A DNA stretch of 64,000 nucleotides from Minisyncoccia bacterium (GCA_046293175.1 JBKBPM010000001.1:511847-575846), one strand, 5' to 3'. Positions 28,414 through 37,459 are shown, counted from the first letter of the stretch. Program-made: numbers and translations. The notes: a model not told the origin generated them from the sequence alone.

Positions 28414-28503
28414 ACACTGATTACTTTAGCTCTGCTTCACGTTATACGTGTGTGCAAGAGTGTAGCACAGTCAGAAAGCGATTCCAAACAGCCTTTTTAG
28501 CAC

Positions 28504-28532
28504 TTGCCTTCTTTTTATTAATCTTGTATACT
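28504..28532 (+). promoter_or_regulatory. sigma70-like promoter for tRNA-Lys (TTGCCT-17-TATACT)
   Basis: -35 TTGCCT at 28504-28509, 17-nt spacer, -10 TATACT at 28527-28532. The tRNA begins 16 nt downstream. Confidence 0.5.
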
Positions 28533-28547
28533 CTCGCCACCAGAAAT

Positions 28548-28620
28548 GCCTTCTTAGCTCAGTTGGTAGAGCAGCTCCCTCTTAAGGAGACGGTCCAAGG
28601 TTCGAGCCCTTGAGGAGGCA
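28548..28620 (+). tRNA. tRNA-Lys(CTT)
   Basis: Acceptor GCCTTCT/AGGAGGC, D-arm GCTCAGTTGGTAGAGC, anticodon loop CTCTTAA, T-arm CAAGG-TTCGAGC-CCTTG, A73. Confidence 0.8.
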
Positions 28621-28678
28621 CTAAGATATAACAAAAGCACATGACAACATTGTTATGTGCTTTTGTTATAATTCCCCT

Positions 28679-29095
28679 ATGACCACCCCAGCATTCGCCT
28701 TCGGTGACGGGATCACTCCTCCTACCCCTTTTGTCCTCCTCGAACAGATTATTGAAGATCGCGGCAGTCGCTATAGCGTGAGCTACGGCCACGTACAGAG
28801 TCGCGAGGATATCAAAACCTTTCTCAAAACCCTCAAAAAAGACAAGGCCTATATGCGCGCCGATCACAACAGCTTCGCTGCTCGTATCGAACACGAAGGA
28901 GTGATCTATGAAACCAAAAACGATGATGGTGAGACTGGCGCCGGGATGGTGATTCTCCGCATGCTCCAAAAACACGATGTCAGATGCGGGGTCGTCTGTG
29001 TAACCCGCTGGTTCGGTGGCATCAAGCTGATGGGTGACCGGTTTAAACATATCCAAGACGCCACCATCATCGCTATCAACCACATGCAGTCATAA
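28679..29095 (+). CDS. YigZ/IMPACT-family (UPF0029) N-domain protein
   Basis: 138 aa from the internal Met. GSRYSVSYGHV...DDGETGAGMVILRML...VVCVTRWFGGIKLMG matches the IMPACT/YigZ core. Confidence 0.7.
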   Translation: MTTPAFAFGDGITPPTPFVLLEQIIEDRGSRYSVSYGHVQSREDIKTFLKTLKKDKAYMRADHNSFAARIEHEGVIYETKNDDGETGAGMVILRMLQKHDVRCGVVCVTRWFGGIKLMGDRFKHIQDATIIAINHMQS

Positions 29096-29130
29096 CAAAA
29101 CACTCCATCTAGATGGAGTGTTTTGTATTT
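29094..29130. terminator. perfect hairpin terminator (copy 2 of the duplicated terminator)
   Basis: aacaaaacactccat-ctag-atggagtgttttgt followed by attttgtt. Shared by yigZ-like (+) and trhO (-). Confidence 0.7.
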
Positions 29131-29135
29131 TGTTA

Positions 29136-30185
29136 CTACGCTGGTCGTAGTGGTGCTTTCTTAAATTGCGCCGGGCGAAAGAAACGGTTGTAGTAGCGTG
29201 CTATCACCTTTTTGGTGCGAGTTGGAAGCTTATCAATCAGCTCACACTTGCGCGAGCAGTAGCCGTGGTACTTCGCCATACAAGTGTCACAACCAAGGAA
29301 CAAAACATGGCAAATTTGGTTCTTACAGTGGTAGTGGGTATCACTTTTATTCACCCGACAAAGATGACAGTGCGAAATAATCTCGTCACTAATGCGTTCA
29401 GACAATCGCTCATCAAAGACGAAATTGGTACCGTGGAATTTATTCGGGAGTCCTTGCTCTTTTACCTGGTGCGCGTAGTCGATAATACCTCCCTTAAGGT
29501 GCCGAACATCAGTAAAACCGTTGTGTTTAAGCCACGCACTCGCCTTCTCGCAACGGATACCACCGGTACAGTAGAGGGCAATCTTTTTGTTCTTGTGCAT
29601 CCGAAGAAGCTCTGGAACAATCGCCAGTTCTTCTCGAAAGGTATCAACCTGTGGTAAGACAGCATTTTCAAAATGACCCACCTCACTCTCATATGCATTG
29701 CGCATATCAACTACTACCGCATCTGGATCATCAATGTACGCATTCATCTCTGCAGCTGTGAGGTAGGCACCGGTATTAGTCACATCAAAGGTTGTATCAT
29801 CAAGTCCATCAGCCACTATCTTCTTACGAACTTTTATGGTGAGTTTATAAAATGATGAAAAGTCTTTTTCTTCAACAGCAATCTTGTATGGTGTACCAGT
29901 GAGTTCCGGTAGCGATTGGAGGAAAGTATCGAGTGCGTCGAAGTTATCAGTGGGGACATTCATTTGAGCATTAATTCCCTCACTAGCCACATAGATACGA
30001 CCAAGACACTCAAGCTCCGCGAGCTTGAGAAAGAGCTGGTTCCGGAAAGCAGTCGGGTCAGCAAGCCGCACATACCGGTAAAACGAGAGGGTCGTGCGGG
30101 GACGAGCTTCACTCGCTACAGCGGCCTTTTTCTCCGCACGAGGCCGCATATCTGCCTTAATCATTGGGGTAGTAGACACAGTCAT
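29136..30185 (-). CDS. trhO: rhodanese-domain tRNA uridine(34) hydroxylase TrhO/YceA family
   Basis: About 350 aa (start uncertain). UPF0176 N-domain, rhodanese active-site loop YCTGGIRCEK, C-terminal Cys cluster. Confidence 0.7.
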   Translation of the reverse strand: MTVSTTPMIKADMRPRAEKKAAVASEARPRTTLSFYRYVRLADPTAFRNQLFLKLAELECLGRIYVASEGINAQMNVPTDNFDALDTFLQSLPELTGTPYKIAVEEKDFSSFYKLTIKVRKKIVADGLDDTTFDVTNTGAYLTAAEMNAYIDDPDAVVVDMRNAYESEVGHFENAVLPQVDTFREELAIVPELLRMHKNKKIALYCTGGIRCEKASAWLKHNGFTDVRHLKGGIIDYAHQVKEQGLPNKFHGTNFVFDERLSERISDEIISHCHLCRVNKSDTHYHCKNQICHVLFLGCDTCMAKYHGYCSRKCELIDKLPTRTKKVIARYYNRFFRPAQFKKAPLRPA

Positions 30186-30307
30186 ACACAAATCTTTATG
30201 CGCCTTATCGTACCACACAATCAAAAATAGGACAGTCAAAAGCGGTTATAGTGGTCAAAATGTGTAAAATATCCATATTTAGAGCCCTACTTGCACCGCC
30301 TCATAAC

Positions 30308-30336
30308 TTGACTTTTTGCACTAAATATGCTATTAT
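30308..30336 (+). promoter_or_regulatory. sigma70-like promoter (TTGACT-17-TATTAT) followed by an approximately 130-nt structured GC-rich leader
   Basis: -35 TTGACT at 30308-30313, -10 TATTAT at 30331-30336. The leader contains nested inverted repeats tgcctaccgg/ccggtaggtgca and cttgg/ccaag. Confidence 0.45.
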
Positions 30337-30477
30337 ACTAAGTGGAATGGGGGCAATGTGCCTACCGGCGTCCCCTTCTTGGTCTGAATGTCCAAGAGCG
30401 GCATCCGGTAGGTGCACCCGCTCACCTTGGTCACGGCAACAGCGCCGGTTGACAACAATATAGCAAAGGAACACAAC

Positions 30478-31989
30478 ATGCTGATGTATATTGCAGCGAT
30501 CCTCCTCGTCATGGGAGTCACCCTCTACTTCTACCAACAGCGACCGCAGCTCAATGGTGTACTTGCAAAAGTCACCTCAGAGCGTGAAAGCGCCATTGGC
30601 ATCAAAGGAATCGTCATTGGACCGGTACAAATGGTCCTTATCCGTTTCCTCGGTGTGCCCATTATCGCTTTCATCATTTCGGCACTTGTTGGATTGCTGG
30701 TGAGCTTTGTCATCGTTGCTTCGACGACAATGACGCTTTTCAGCGCCAGCCAACTCCTCCTCATCGGCCTTGTGGCTATGATCGGTGGCGGTATCATCAC
30801 CGCTGTGCTCATTTGGCCAGAAACTGATGATGACGGGAAACCGCTGGTTGTACCAACAAACACGGTGGCGCCGCTCACCTTCTTTGGCACCCTCTACCGG
30901 ATTTATCTGCTCGAGGGTGACTATGCCTGGTGGGGACGGAAGCTGTTCTTCAGCCGGTCGAAAGTCGCACTCCGCGACTTTACAACACGGGTAAAAGACG
31001 GTGATGTTGCTGACGGCTTCTTCAAGCGCACGCCCATTCCCTTCAACCTCTACAACGAACGACCGAAAGAAAAGGATGGGAAAACCATCATCGGAAGTTC
31101 GCTCATCGAGGGGGTGGCCAAAGGCGGGAGCCCGGTGAAAGCCGAGCTCCTGACGACATTTGTCAGCTTTGACCCCCATCGCGCTCTCCGCAACGATGAT
31201 CCGGGTCTTGAAATTGCTGAACGTGCTCGTTCGATGTTTCGGACCTGCATCAGCTATTTCACTTCGGTCGACAATGCAGTGGCTAAAGACGCCATGGCAC
31301 ACCTCATCGAAGGCAAGACTATCGTCGTGGCTTTCCTCCTGAAATCGGCCGATCAGCTGGCGGAAGGTTCAATCGTCCGGGACACGGGAGGCGAACCCAC
31401 CTACTTCATTGTCGAAGCGAAGGCAGGCGAAGACCTCAAGAATCCTAAGGATCTGAAGAAGGCGACCGCCAGGACCATTCGGGAGTACAAGAAACATCTC
31501 GATGCGCACCTGACCAAAACGATGCGTGACGCTGTCACCATCGAAGTGGAAAGGGACCAGAAAGATGGCTCAACGACCAAAGAAAAAGAGTATGTCATCG
31601 AAACCCGGTCGGTTGAGATTGGCCTCAACGAAATCCTCGAGAAGAACGGTTTCTACCTGACGTCGGCCTCGGTCGGTCATGTGGAAATCAGCGAGAACCT
31701 GTCTCGCTTGGCGGTGGCTGCTGAAATGCAGACATATGAAAACACCGTCCAGGTAAGGAGTGCCCAAGCGACTGCGGCGGCACTCGAAAAACTGAAGAGT
31801 TCTCCCGAACAGATGAATGACCCCGCCTACCTCGACAAAATCGGTATTGCTGCGGCATCCGATCCGGGAGGCAAGTCGCAATTCATTCGGGCGTCGACCG
31901 ACAACAAGCTTGCCACGGTCGGCGTCGCTGCGGCCGTGGTCAACCAACAACCGTCGCAGAAACCTGCGTCGGAAGCAGCAAAGGACTGA
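30478..31989 (+). CDS. hypothetical large membrane protein (4 N-terminal TM helices plus soluble about 350-aa domain), GC-rich island gene 1
   Basis: About 503 aa from the Met preceded by aaaggaac. No recognisable catalytic motif. Local GC is about 57-58% against about 50% in the flanks. Its stop lies 2 nt before the next gene's ATG. Confidence 0.55.
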   Translation: MLMYIAAILLVMGVTLYFYQQRPQLNGVLAKVTSERESAIGIKGIVIGPVQMVLIRFLGVPIIAFIISALVGLLVSFVIVASTTMTLFSASQLLLIGLVAMIGGGIITAVLIWPETDDDGKPLVVPTNTVAPLTFFGTLYRIYLLEGDYAWWGRKLFFSRSKVALRDFTTRVKDGDVADGFFKRTPIPFNLYNERPKEKDGKTIIGSSLIEGVAKGGSPVKAELLTTFVSFDPHRALRNDDPGLEIAERARSMFRTCISYFTSVDNAVAKDAMAHLIEGKTIVVAFLLKSADQLAEGSIVRDTGGEPTYFIVEAKAGEDLKNPKDLKKATARTIREYKKHLDAHLTKTMRDAVTIEVERDQKDGSTTKEKEYVIETRSVEIGLNEILEKNGFYLTSASVGHVEISENLSRLAVAAEMQTYENTVQVRSAQATAAALEKLKSSPEQMNDPAYLDKIGIAAASDPGGKSQFIRASTDNKLATVGVAAAVVNQQPSQKPASEAAKD

Positions 31990-31991
31990 CC

Positions 31992-33356
31992 ATGAAAGCG
32001 GTACTCGCAAGCACAAACACCAAACTGCAAGGTCTGGTGCAATCGAAGTGGATGGTCTTGGGCCTGCTTGGCCTCGGCATCATCCTGCTCATCCTCAATC
32101 TTTTTGTCGGGGGCGATTCCGCCCCCGTGAATCCGACGACAGTGGAAGCGCCGGCCGTTGATGCGGTTGAAGCACCTGCTGCTCCAGCGATCGACCTCGA
32201 GGTGAATACGGAAGGTTTCTTCGCCTCCATCGGTGAAGGAAACTTCTGGCTTGCAATGACCATCATTTTGGCGATTCTCATGACCGCCAACTGGGCTAGC
32301 AAGCTCATGAAAGAACCACCGGCAAAAGTCTTCGACAAGGCCAGCAAAACCTGGGTGGAAAATAAGAACACCAACCCAGTACCTCGCTTCAAGGCAAGCT
32401 TTGTCTGGCTCATCGCCGGCGTGCTCATGGTCGTCGTCGGATTGTGGGGAATCTACCCTGCCTTCTTCGGCGAAAACAACGAAATCTCCGAAATCTTCGG
32501 TGAACTCGGACTCTTTGACATCATCGCCGTCGGCGCGATCGCCATCACGCTCGTCGTCGGTGCTGTCAAATACATGGGGATTGCCGGCAATGCTTCTGCC
32601 TACTTCTTCATGGTGGGGTGGGTTCTCCTCGTGTTTTTCGCCATCCTCTACCTGATTGGTATCTTCCTTGCCCCTGATGCGACTACTCTCATCATCGAGG
32701 CCGTCAAGAACGATGCACAAAGCGCCGCTGCGAGCATCGTCGAAACGACCGAAGAGACCAGCTCTATCAAATGGGAGGCACTCTTCGACCCTGAGACCTG
32801 GACAAACATCGCCATCATCGCCATCCTCACATTGGCGCCGGTGGTGGTGTTCCACCAATACATCTCAAAGAACAAGCTGGTGGTGGTGCCGGTCGCCATC
32901 GTGGCAATGATGATTCTGTTCGGCAGCATCTACAAGATACTGATCGAATACGAACCGGCACGAGAGGTCATTGAAGACGTGAGCGGCGCCCTTGGCGCCG
33001 CTAACGAAAAGTTCAACCCGACCCTGGGCGAAAGTCTGAGCCTTCGGCTCTATAAAGATGATCTCGGGCGAGCCAGCACGATTTCGCTCGGGATGCACGA
33101 TGACTTGACTGTCTTTGTGCCCGAAGACGGCTATGCCCTCTGTATCGACGCAAGCGCAAGCTTCAAACGCCGTTACGAGGATCGCGGCTGGTTTGACCCG
33201 ACCCATGTGGTCGATATCACCAGCTACAACCGGAACATGGCCAACCGCCTCACAGTGGCAGAAGCCATGAAGCCGGGGCTCAAGGCCGAAGGCATCGAGC
33301 GGGTTACCTACACCATCATCCTCATGAGGACCGGTGGTGTCTGTAACCCTCAGTGA
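31992..33356 (+). CDS. hypothetical polytopic membrane protein (about 8 TM), GC-rich island gene 2
   Basis: 454 aa. Translationally coupled to the upstream gene. Followed by a strong terminator. Confidence 0.55.
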   Translation: MKAVLASTNTKLQGLVQSKWMVLGLLGLGIILLILNLFVGGDSAPVNPTTVEAPAVDAVEAPAAPAIDLEVNTEGFFASIGEGNFWLAMTIILAILMTANWASKLMKEPPAKVFDKASKTWVENKNTNPVPRFKASFVWLIAGVLMVVVGLWGIYPAFFGENNEISEIFGELGLFDIIAVGAIAITLVVGAVKYMGIAGNASAYFFMVGWVLLVFFAILYLIGIFLAPDATTLIIEAVKNDAQSAAASIVETTEETSSIKWEALFDPETWTNIAIIAILTLAPVVVFHQYISKNKLVVVPVAIVAMMILFGSIYKILIEYEPAREVIEDVSGALGAANEKFNPTLGESLSLRLYKDDLGRASTISLGMHDDLTVFVPEDGYALCIDASASFKRRYEDRGWFDPTHVVDITSYNRNMANRLTVAEAMKPGLKAEGIERVTYTIILMRTGGVCNPQ

Positions 33357-33427
33357 TGCGAGCCGTCGAATGAAACGATCGGCCCGACATCACCTGTTCT
33401 TTTGCGCCTCGAAGGCGCACCACGCAG

Positions 33428-33470
33428 CGAACCCCTCCGTCAGTCTATCGACGGTGGGGTTCTTTTTTTA
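33428..33470 (+). terminator. rho-independent terminator ending the GC-rich island
   Basis: aacccctccgtc-agtctat-cgacggtggggtt followed by ctttttttat. Confidence 0.7.
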
Positions 33471-33480
33471 TATGTCGGTA

Positions 33481-33873
33481 TTAGCAGGGACCAGAACCGG
33501 TACAAGGAGGCGGTACGTAGAGGGAAGCATCAATACAATTAGCGTTAAGTGGGTCACTCGCACAATCTAACGTATCTTGTAGACCAAAAGTCCCAGCGGC
33601 AATACCAAGGATACTGTAAGCCACGAGCATAATAAACATCCCCACTATCCCCCAGAGAATATGCATCTGGCCAGTCTCACGGGCACTACTTTCGGCACTG
33701 TGGCTGATGTACTCGTAGCAGCCGTAGAGGAAGATGAGGAGCGCAAGCCCCATCAAAAGCATTATCAGCGGGTATAAAATTACTTCATTGAGTCGCTCAA
33801 CAAAGTTATAAGCTTCACGCATACCGGGTGTTGGTCCTTGAGCGTACGCAATTGATACAAAAAATCCAAACAT
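33481..33873 (-). CDS. TrbC/VirB2-like small two-TM pilin-type protein (paralogue 5)
   Basis: 130 aa from MFGFFVSIAYAQG. Signal peptide, TM1, charged loop (HSAESSARETGQ), TM2. Confidence 0.5.
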   Translation of the reverse strand: MFGFFVSIAYAQGPTPGMREAYNFVERLNEVILYPLIMLLMGLALLIFLYGCYEYISHSAESSARETGQMHILWGIVGMFIMLVAYSILGIAAGTFGLQDTLDCASDPLNANCIDASLYVPPPCTGSGPC

Positions 33874-33934
33874 AAACAACAACAGTATAACACAAAAGCC
33901 CCGCGAGGGGCTTTTGTGTAGACTGTGTTTGGTA

Positions 33935-34312
33935 CTAGTTACCAAGAGTTGGCACCTCTGGAGTAGTGTCCAGTGAATCTTCAAGACCAAGACCATTTGA
34001 GAGAATGTTCACAATACCCCAAAAGGCGAGAATAACTACATATCCAGCAATGGCGTACATGATGAGACTGCGGCCATTTTCCTTGGCTTCTTCGTTTGCA
34101 CCACCACGAATGAAGTAGTTAAACATTCCCCACACAAACATGAGGAAACCGATGGCCAGAATAAATGGAATAACATAGCCACTAATGAAAGCAAGGATGG
34201 CTGTCATTGCGCCACCAATATCTCCACCATCGCCGCCATTGAGTACAGCTGCAGAGGCTGGAAAAGCCACCGCGAGGCTAGCCAATACAACAAGAGAAAG
34301 GAATGATTTCAT
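33935..34312 (-). CDS. TrbC/VirB2-like small two-TM pilin-type protein (paralogue 4)
   Basis: 125 aa. Signal peptide AFPASA, then FIRGGANEEAKENGRSLIMYAIAGYVVILAFWGIV matching the GGNxxAKEDAK-TM2 core of the 15223 and 16731 N-domains. Confidence 0.6.
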   Translation of the reverse strand: MKSFLSLVVLASLAVAFPASAAVLNGGDGGDIGGAMTAILAFISGYVIPFILAIGFLMFVWGMFNYFIRGGANEEAKENGRSLIMYAIAGYVVILAFWGIVNILSNGLGLEDSLDTTPEVPTLGN

Positions 34313-34477
34313 ATGATTCTAAATACGATAAAAGAAGCGGATATGTATGCTTCATATATTATTATACACGAAAAGTAAGATTTTTAAAGGGTTTCAATCC
34401 CGGGTGTGCAAAAGTTACATGAACAACAGTAATTAATCACAAGTCTTCAAAAAAAGAACAGTAGCGAGGCGCGAAAG

Positions 34478-34585
34478 CGAAGAAATGTGAGATGTGAAGA
34501 AACACGGGGCGTTTCTGCAAGACTCATTGAGCATTTTGCGAATGAAATGATGCAAAAGGCCAATGAGTGGACAGTTTCTGTAAGA
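34478..34585 (+). repeat. structured repeat, copy C (subfamily 2, orphan; between pilin-like genes)
   Basis: gtgagatgtgaagaaacacggggcgtttctgcaagactcattgagcattttgcgaatgaaatgatgcaaaaggccaatgagtggacagtttctgtaag. About 80% identical to copy D at 41943-42030. Hairpins gaaac/gtttc, actcattg/caatgagt and ttttgc/gcaaaa. Confidence 0.6.
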
Positions 34586-34651
34586 AACTTTTGTATGATG
34601 AACGTTTCTGATGCGAACCGCAACCAAGCTAATGACTTTTTATGGAGACTT

Positions 34652-34900
34652 TTAATTGCCGGTAAGAAGAGCGAGTATCCCCCAAATCGATACCATGATA
34701 ATCATCACCACCACGGCCGTGATAGCTATTGTCGTACCCTCCTCACGCTTACTTGGATCATCAGCATGAATGACCCAGGCGTCTATCATCTTCCACAGTA
34801 CAACGAGGAAGGCAATGGCAAAGATGAAGGTGATAGCCAGATTAACAAACTCCAAAAAGAAGCTTACTAGTCCAGCGAAGTCTGTCGGGGTGGAGTCCAT
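34652..34900 (-). CDS. small two-TM membrane protein, probable TrbC/VirB2-like paralogue 6 (no signal peptide)
   Basis: 82 aa. TM1, DDPSKREEG loop, TM2. Confidence 0.4.
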   Translation of the reverse strand: MDSTPTDFAGLVSFFLEFVNLAITFIFAIAFLVVLWKMIDAWVIHADDPSKREEGTTIAITAVVVMIIMVSIWGILALLTGN

Positions 34901-34921
34901 AATAATTACACAGGCTCCACC

Positions 34922-35308
34922 TTAGGCGGCGAAACTGTCAACGGTATTCCTGATAATTTCTGCAATAGCAACCGCTGCAAGAATGAGTACTCCGCCGATG
35001 ATTGCGTAGGTGAAGGTGGTGGTGGCTTCTTCGATCTGTCTCGGATTACCCTGCGCGGTTACGTACTTAAAGCCAGCCAAGATGATAAAGAGAACAATAA
35101 TCGGAATCATGAGCACCATAAAGATGTTGAGGATGGCGATAAGCAGTTCCTCGATAGAGTTTACGCGGAGTGGGTTATCGAGAGTGACTGGTTCAATCGA
35201 AGGAGTACCACCTGTAGTTTGCTGAGCCTGCACATAGGTAGTTAAAAAACCAAAAAAGAGAGTGGGAAGACACATAACCAAGAAACCAATTTTTTGAAGT
35301 ATACTCAT
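34922..35308 (-). CDS. TrbC/VirB2-like small two-TM pilin-type protein (paralogue 3)
   Basis: 128 aa. Signal peptide, then ILAGFKYVTAQGNPRQIEEATTTFTYAIIGGVLILAAVAI, which aligns with VYAGFKLVTSGGNRHAKEDAKSM... of the 16731 gene. Confidence 0.6.
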   Translation of the reverse strand: MSILQKIGFLVMCLPTLFFGFLTTYVQAQQTTGGTPSIEPVTLDNPLRVNSIEELLIAILNIFMVLMIPIIVLFIILAGFKYVTAQGNPRQIEEATTTFTYAIIGGVLILAAVAIAEIIRNTVDSFAA

Positions 35309-35330
35309 ATCTACGGTACTAAATGCATTA

Positions 35331-36632
35331 CTAATACTCCTGACTCATCCGTCCGACCGCATCCTGGGCTGCTTCACCTGGCCGGCTGCGATTCGCGAGG
35401 ATATCTTCTACCATCTGCGTGAAGATACTGTCAACCACGCGGGGTGTTGGCGATAACCAGCCGCGAGCAACCACCGCTGAGGCGTAAATAATTCTACCAT
35501 AGGTATCACCCGAACCGGCCGCGAGTGAAGATCGATGCGCTGGTGCCATCCCAAGATAATCCGCCATCGACTTAGAAAAATCAGATCCGCCAATGAGTTG
35601 CATTGCAAGATACGCTCCTGATTTGTTATTGGAAGACTTCAACAGCGAGAGACCATAAAATGTTCCATACGTGCGGCGAACCGTAGCAGCGGCACCCTGT
35701 GGTACTTCGGCGATATCGAAGTTGAGGTTTGGATTTTGAGCAGCGAGATCACGGGCTTCACTACCCTTCCCAAAATAGAGAATGAGATCTTCAGACAGAA
35801 AGGCATCCCGATCAGTAGGTTTGGCACGGTTCCAACTGTAGAGAGGGTTACTTGGACTCGCAAAATTGGTGTAGAAGGTCACCGCGGCTTCGAGTGGCAT
35901 TCGGCTCCGGTCTGGCGTCTGATTCAGACTCATAATATAGCGGTCGTCTGAACCTTCACTGACAAGACTACTGCCACCTTGGATCGTAAGCATCGAAAGA
36001 ATGAGTCCGGCATTGGTCACATTACGGTACTCACCAAAAGCAATGGGACTTAAGGTAATATTGCGATTAAAATCACGCTCAACAAAGGTCGGAACGATAT
36101 CGTTCACAATTGATTCCCATGTACGCGGAGCTGCGAGGACATTTTTACTTGAGAGAATATCCCGATTCCAGTACATCACCAGAGGGTCAATCGCAATTGG
36201 GTAACCATACACACCATCTGTCATTGCCCAAATCTCGGCCCCGTCAATGTAGAGGTTTTTAAAATCGCGGGCAGGAAAATTGTCGTACGGAATTGGTTGG
36301 ATTTTACTCCGGTACGACACCAATTCCTCGTGTGGCAATAAGAGGAGGTCGGGGCCACGTCCTTCAGCCAAAGCATTGAGCACCTCACTATCAAATGTAT
36401 CTCTACTCATCTCTTTGTATTGGATTGAACGATACGCCGGGTTGACTTTTATAATTGGTGCCATCACCGTATTAAAAGCATCATCAGGAAGAGTCCCCCA
36501 GATTTCTACGGTACCAAGCGCTACTTTGGTTGTATCAGCCGGTGGTGTATAGGTCGCTAAAAGACCAAGCGCTAACAGGCCTAAGAGACCAAAGCCGAGG
36601 ACAAGAAATAATTCAAAAGGTCTAAGTTTCAT
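35331..36632 (-). CDS. extracellular solute-binding protein (ABC transporter SBP family 1-like)
   Basis: 433 aa. N-terminal TM/signal and a periplasmic-binding fold pattern (DLLLLPHEELVSY..., PLVMYWNRDIL...). Overlaps the upstream methyltransferase gene by 4 nt. Confidence 0.55.
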   Translation of the reverse strand: MKLRPFELFLVLGFGLLGLLALGLLATYTPPADTTKVALGTVEIWGTLPDDAFNTVMAPIIKVNPAYRSIQYKEMSRDTFDSEVLNALAEGRGPDLLLLPHEELVSYRSKIQPIPYDNFPARDFKNLYIDGAEIWAMTDGVYGYPIAIDPLVMYWNRDILSSKNVLAAPRTWESIVNDIVPTFVERDFNRNITLSPIAFGEYRNVTNAGLILSMLTIQGGSSLVSEGSDDRYIMSLNQTPDRSRMPLEAAVTFYTNFASPSNPLYSWNRAKPTDRDAFLSEDLILYFGKGSEARDLAAQNPNLNFDIAEVPQGAAATVRRTYGTFYGLSLLKSSNNKSGAYLAMQLIGGSDFSKSMADYLGMAPAHRSSLAAGSGDTYGRIIYASAVVARGWLSPTPRVVDSIFTQMVEDILANRSRPGEAAQDAVGRMSQEY

Positions 36633-37252
36633 AGTTTTCGAAATGAGACACCATAGTGGTAACTACCAGCTGGGTACTCGCGTTCGTAAATAAAGTAGTT
36701 GGCTTCAAAGAGATCAATGGTGATATCACGCGGTCGCACCATCTCTGGTGTTGGACCAAGGCCATCAAAACTATCTATCCAGTCAACGACGTATACAATA
36801 CCATGTGGACGTAAGGTTCGATACACTTCAGCTATGGCAGCAGCGAGGTCTTCGATCTGGTAGAGGGTGTTAATAATCACCACAAAGTCAGCTGCCGCAT
36901 CGGGCAAATTTGTGCCGCCACGACTGGTAGCGTCTGCCCACACCACCTCAACATTATCGTAACCAAGCTCACGAGCACGCTTATAGAGTGAATTAACCAG
37001 CGGTCGCTGTACCTCCACCGCAATTACCTTGCCAGCCGAACCAACCTTACGGGCGAGGTGCGGGATGTACACACCTTGGCCAGCGCCATAATCAACCACC
37101 ACCGAACCTGGCTCGATGTGAAAGTGTGAGGACACGAGACGTGGCTCCAAAAAGCGCGGCAGTGTCACTGATTCCATACTTCTAGTATACAGCCTGGCTG
37201 CACCGACTTTTCCTACCTCTGGGGATGTGCAAAACACCAACGACGTAAACAA
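36629..37252 (-). CDS. class I SAM-dependent methyltransferase
   Basis: 207 aa (start possibly the internal Met at 37177). Motif I VVDYGAGQGVYIPHLA. Confidence 0.65.
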   Translation of the reverse strand: MFTSLVFCTSPEVGKVGAARLYTRSMESVTLPRFLEPRLVSSHFHIEPGSVVVDYGAGQGVYIPHLARKVGSAGKVIAVEVQRPLVNSLYKRARELGYDNVEVVWADATSRGGTNLPDAAADFVVIINTLYQIEDLAAAIAEVYRTLRPHGIVYVVDWIDSFDGLGPTPEMVRPRDITIDLFEANYFIYEREYPAGSYHYGVSFRKL

Positions 37253-37459
37253 AAAGCGCCCGTCGGGCGCTTTTTGTACATTCTTTTCAAAACAGATGGA
37301 TAGCGAGGCGTGAGAAAAAATTATGAGGAGGTGTCAGAGGAAGTCAGAAATTGCTTCAAGAGCAAGGCGACAAACAAAAAAAGCGACGAGGTGTACTGGT
37401 TTGTACTTTGAGTCGCTTTTTTGTGCAGTCAACGCTGCTATTGGACAATTTATGACTTT

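Noticed and set aside
31827-32858. 343-aa and 241-aa ORFs antisense to the GC-rich membrane-protein genes (also 30577-31302, 31940-32428)
   Set aside because: Typical spurious long antisense frames in GC-rich DNA. Acidic, low-complexity translations with no start context. The sense-strand genes have coherent TM architecture.
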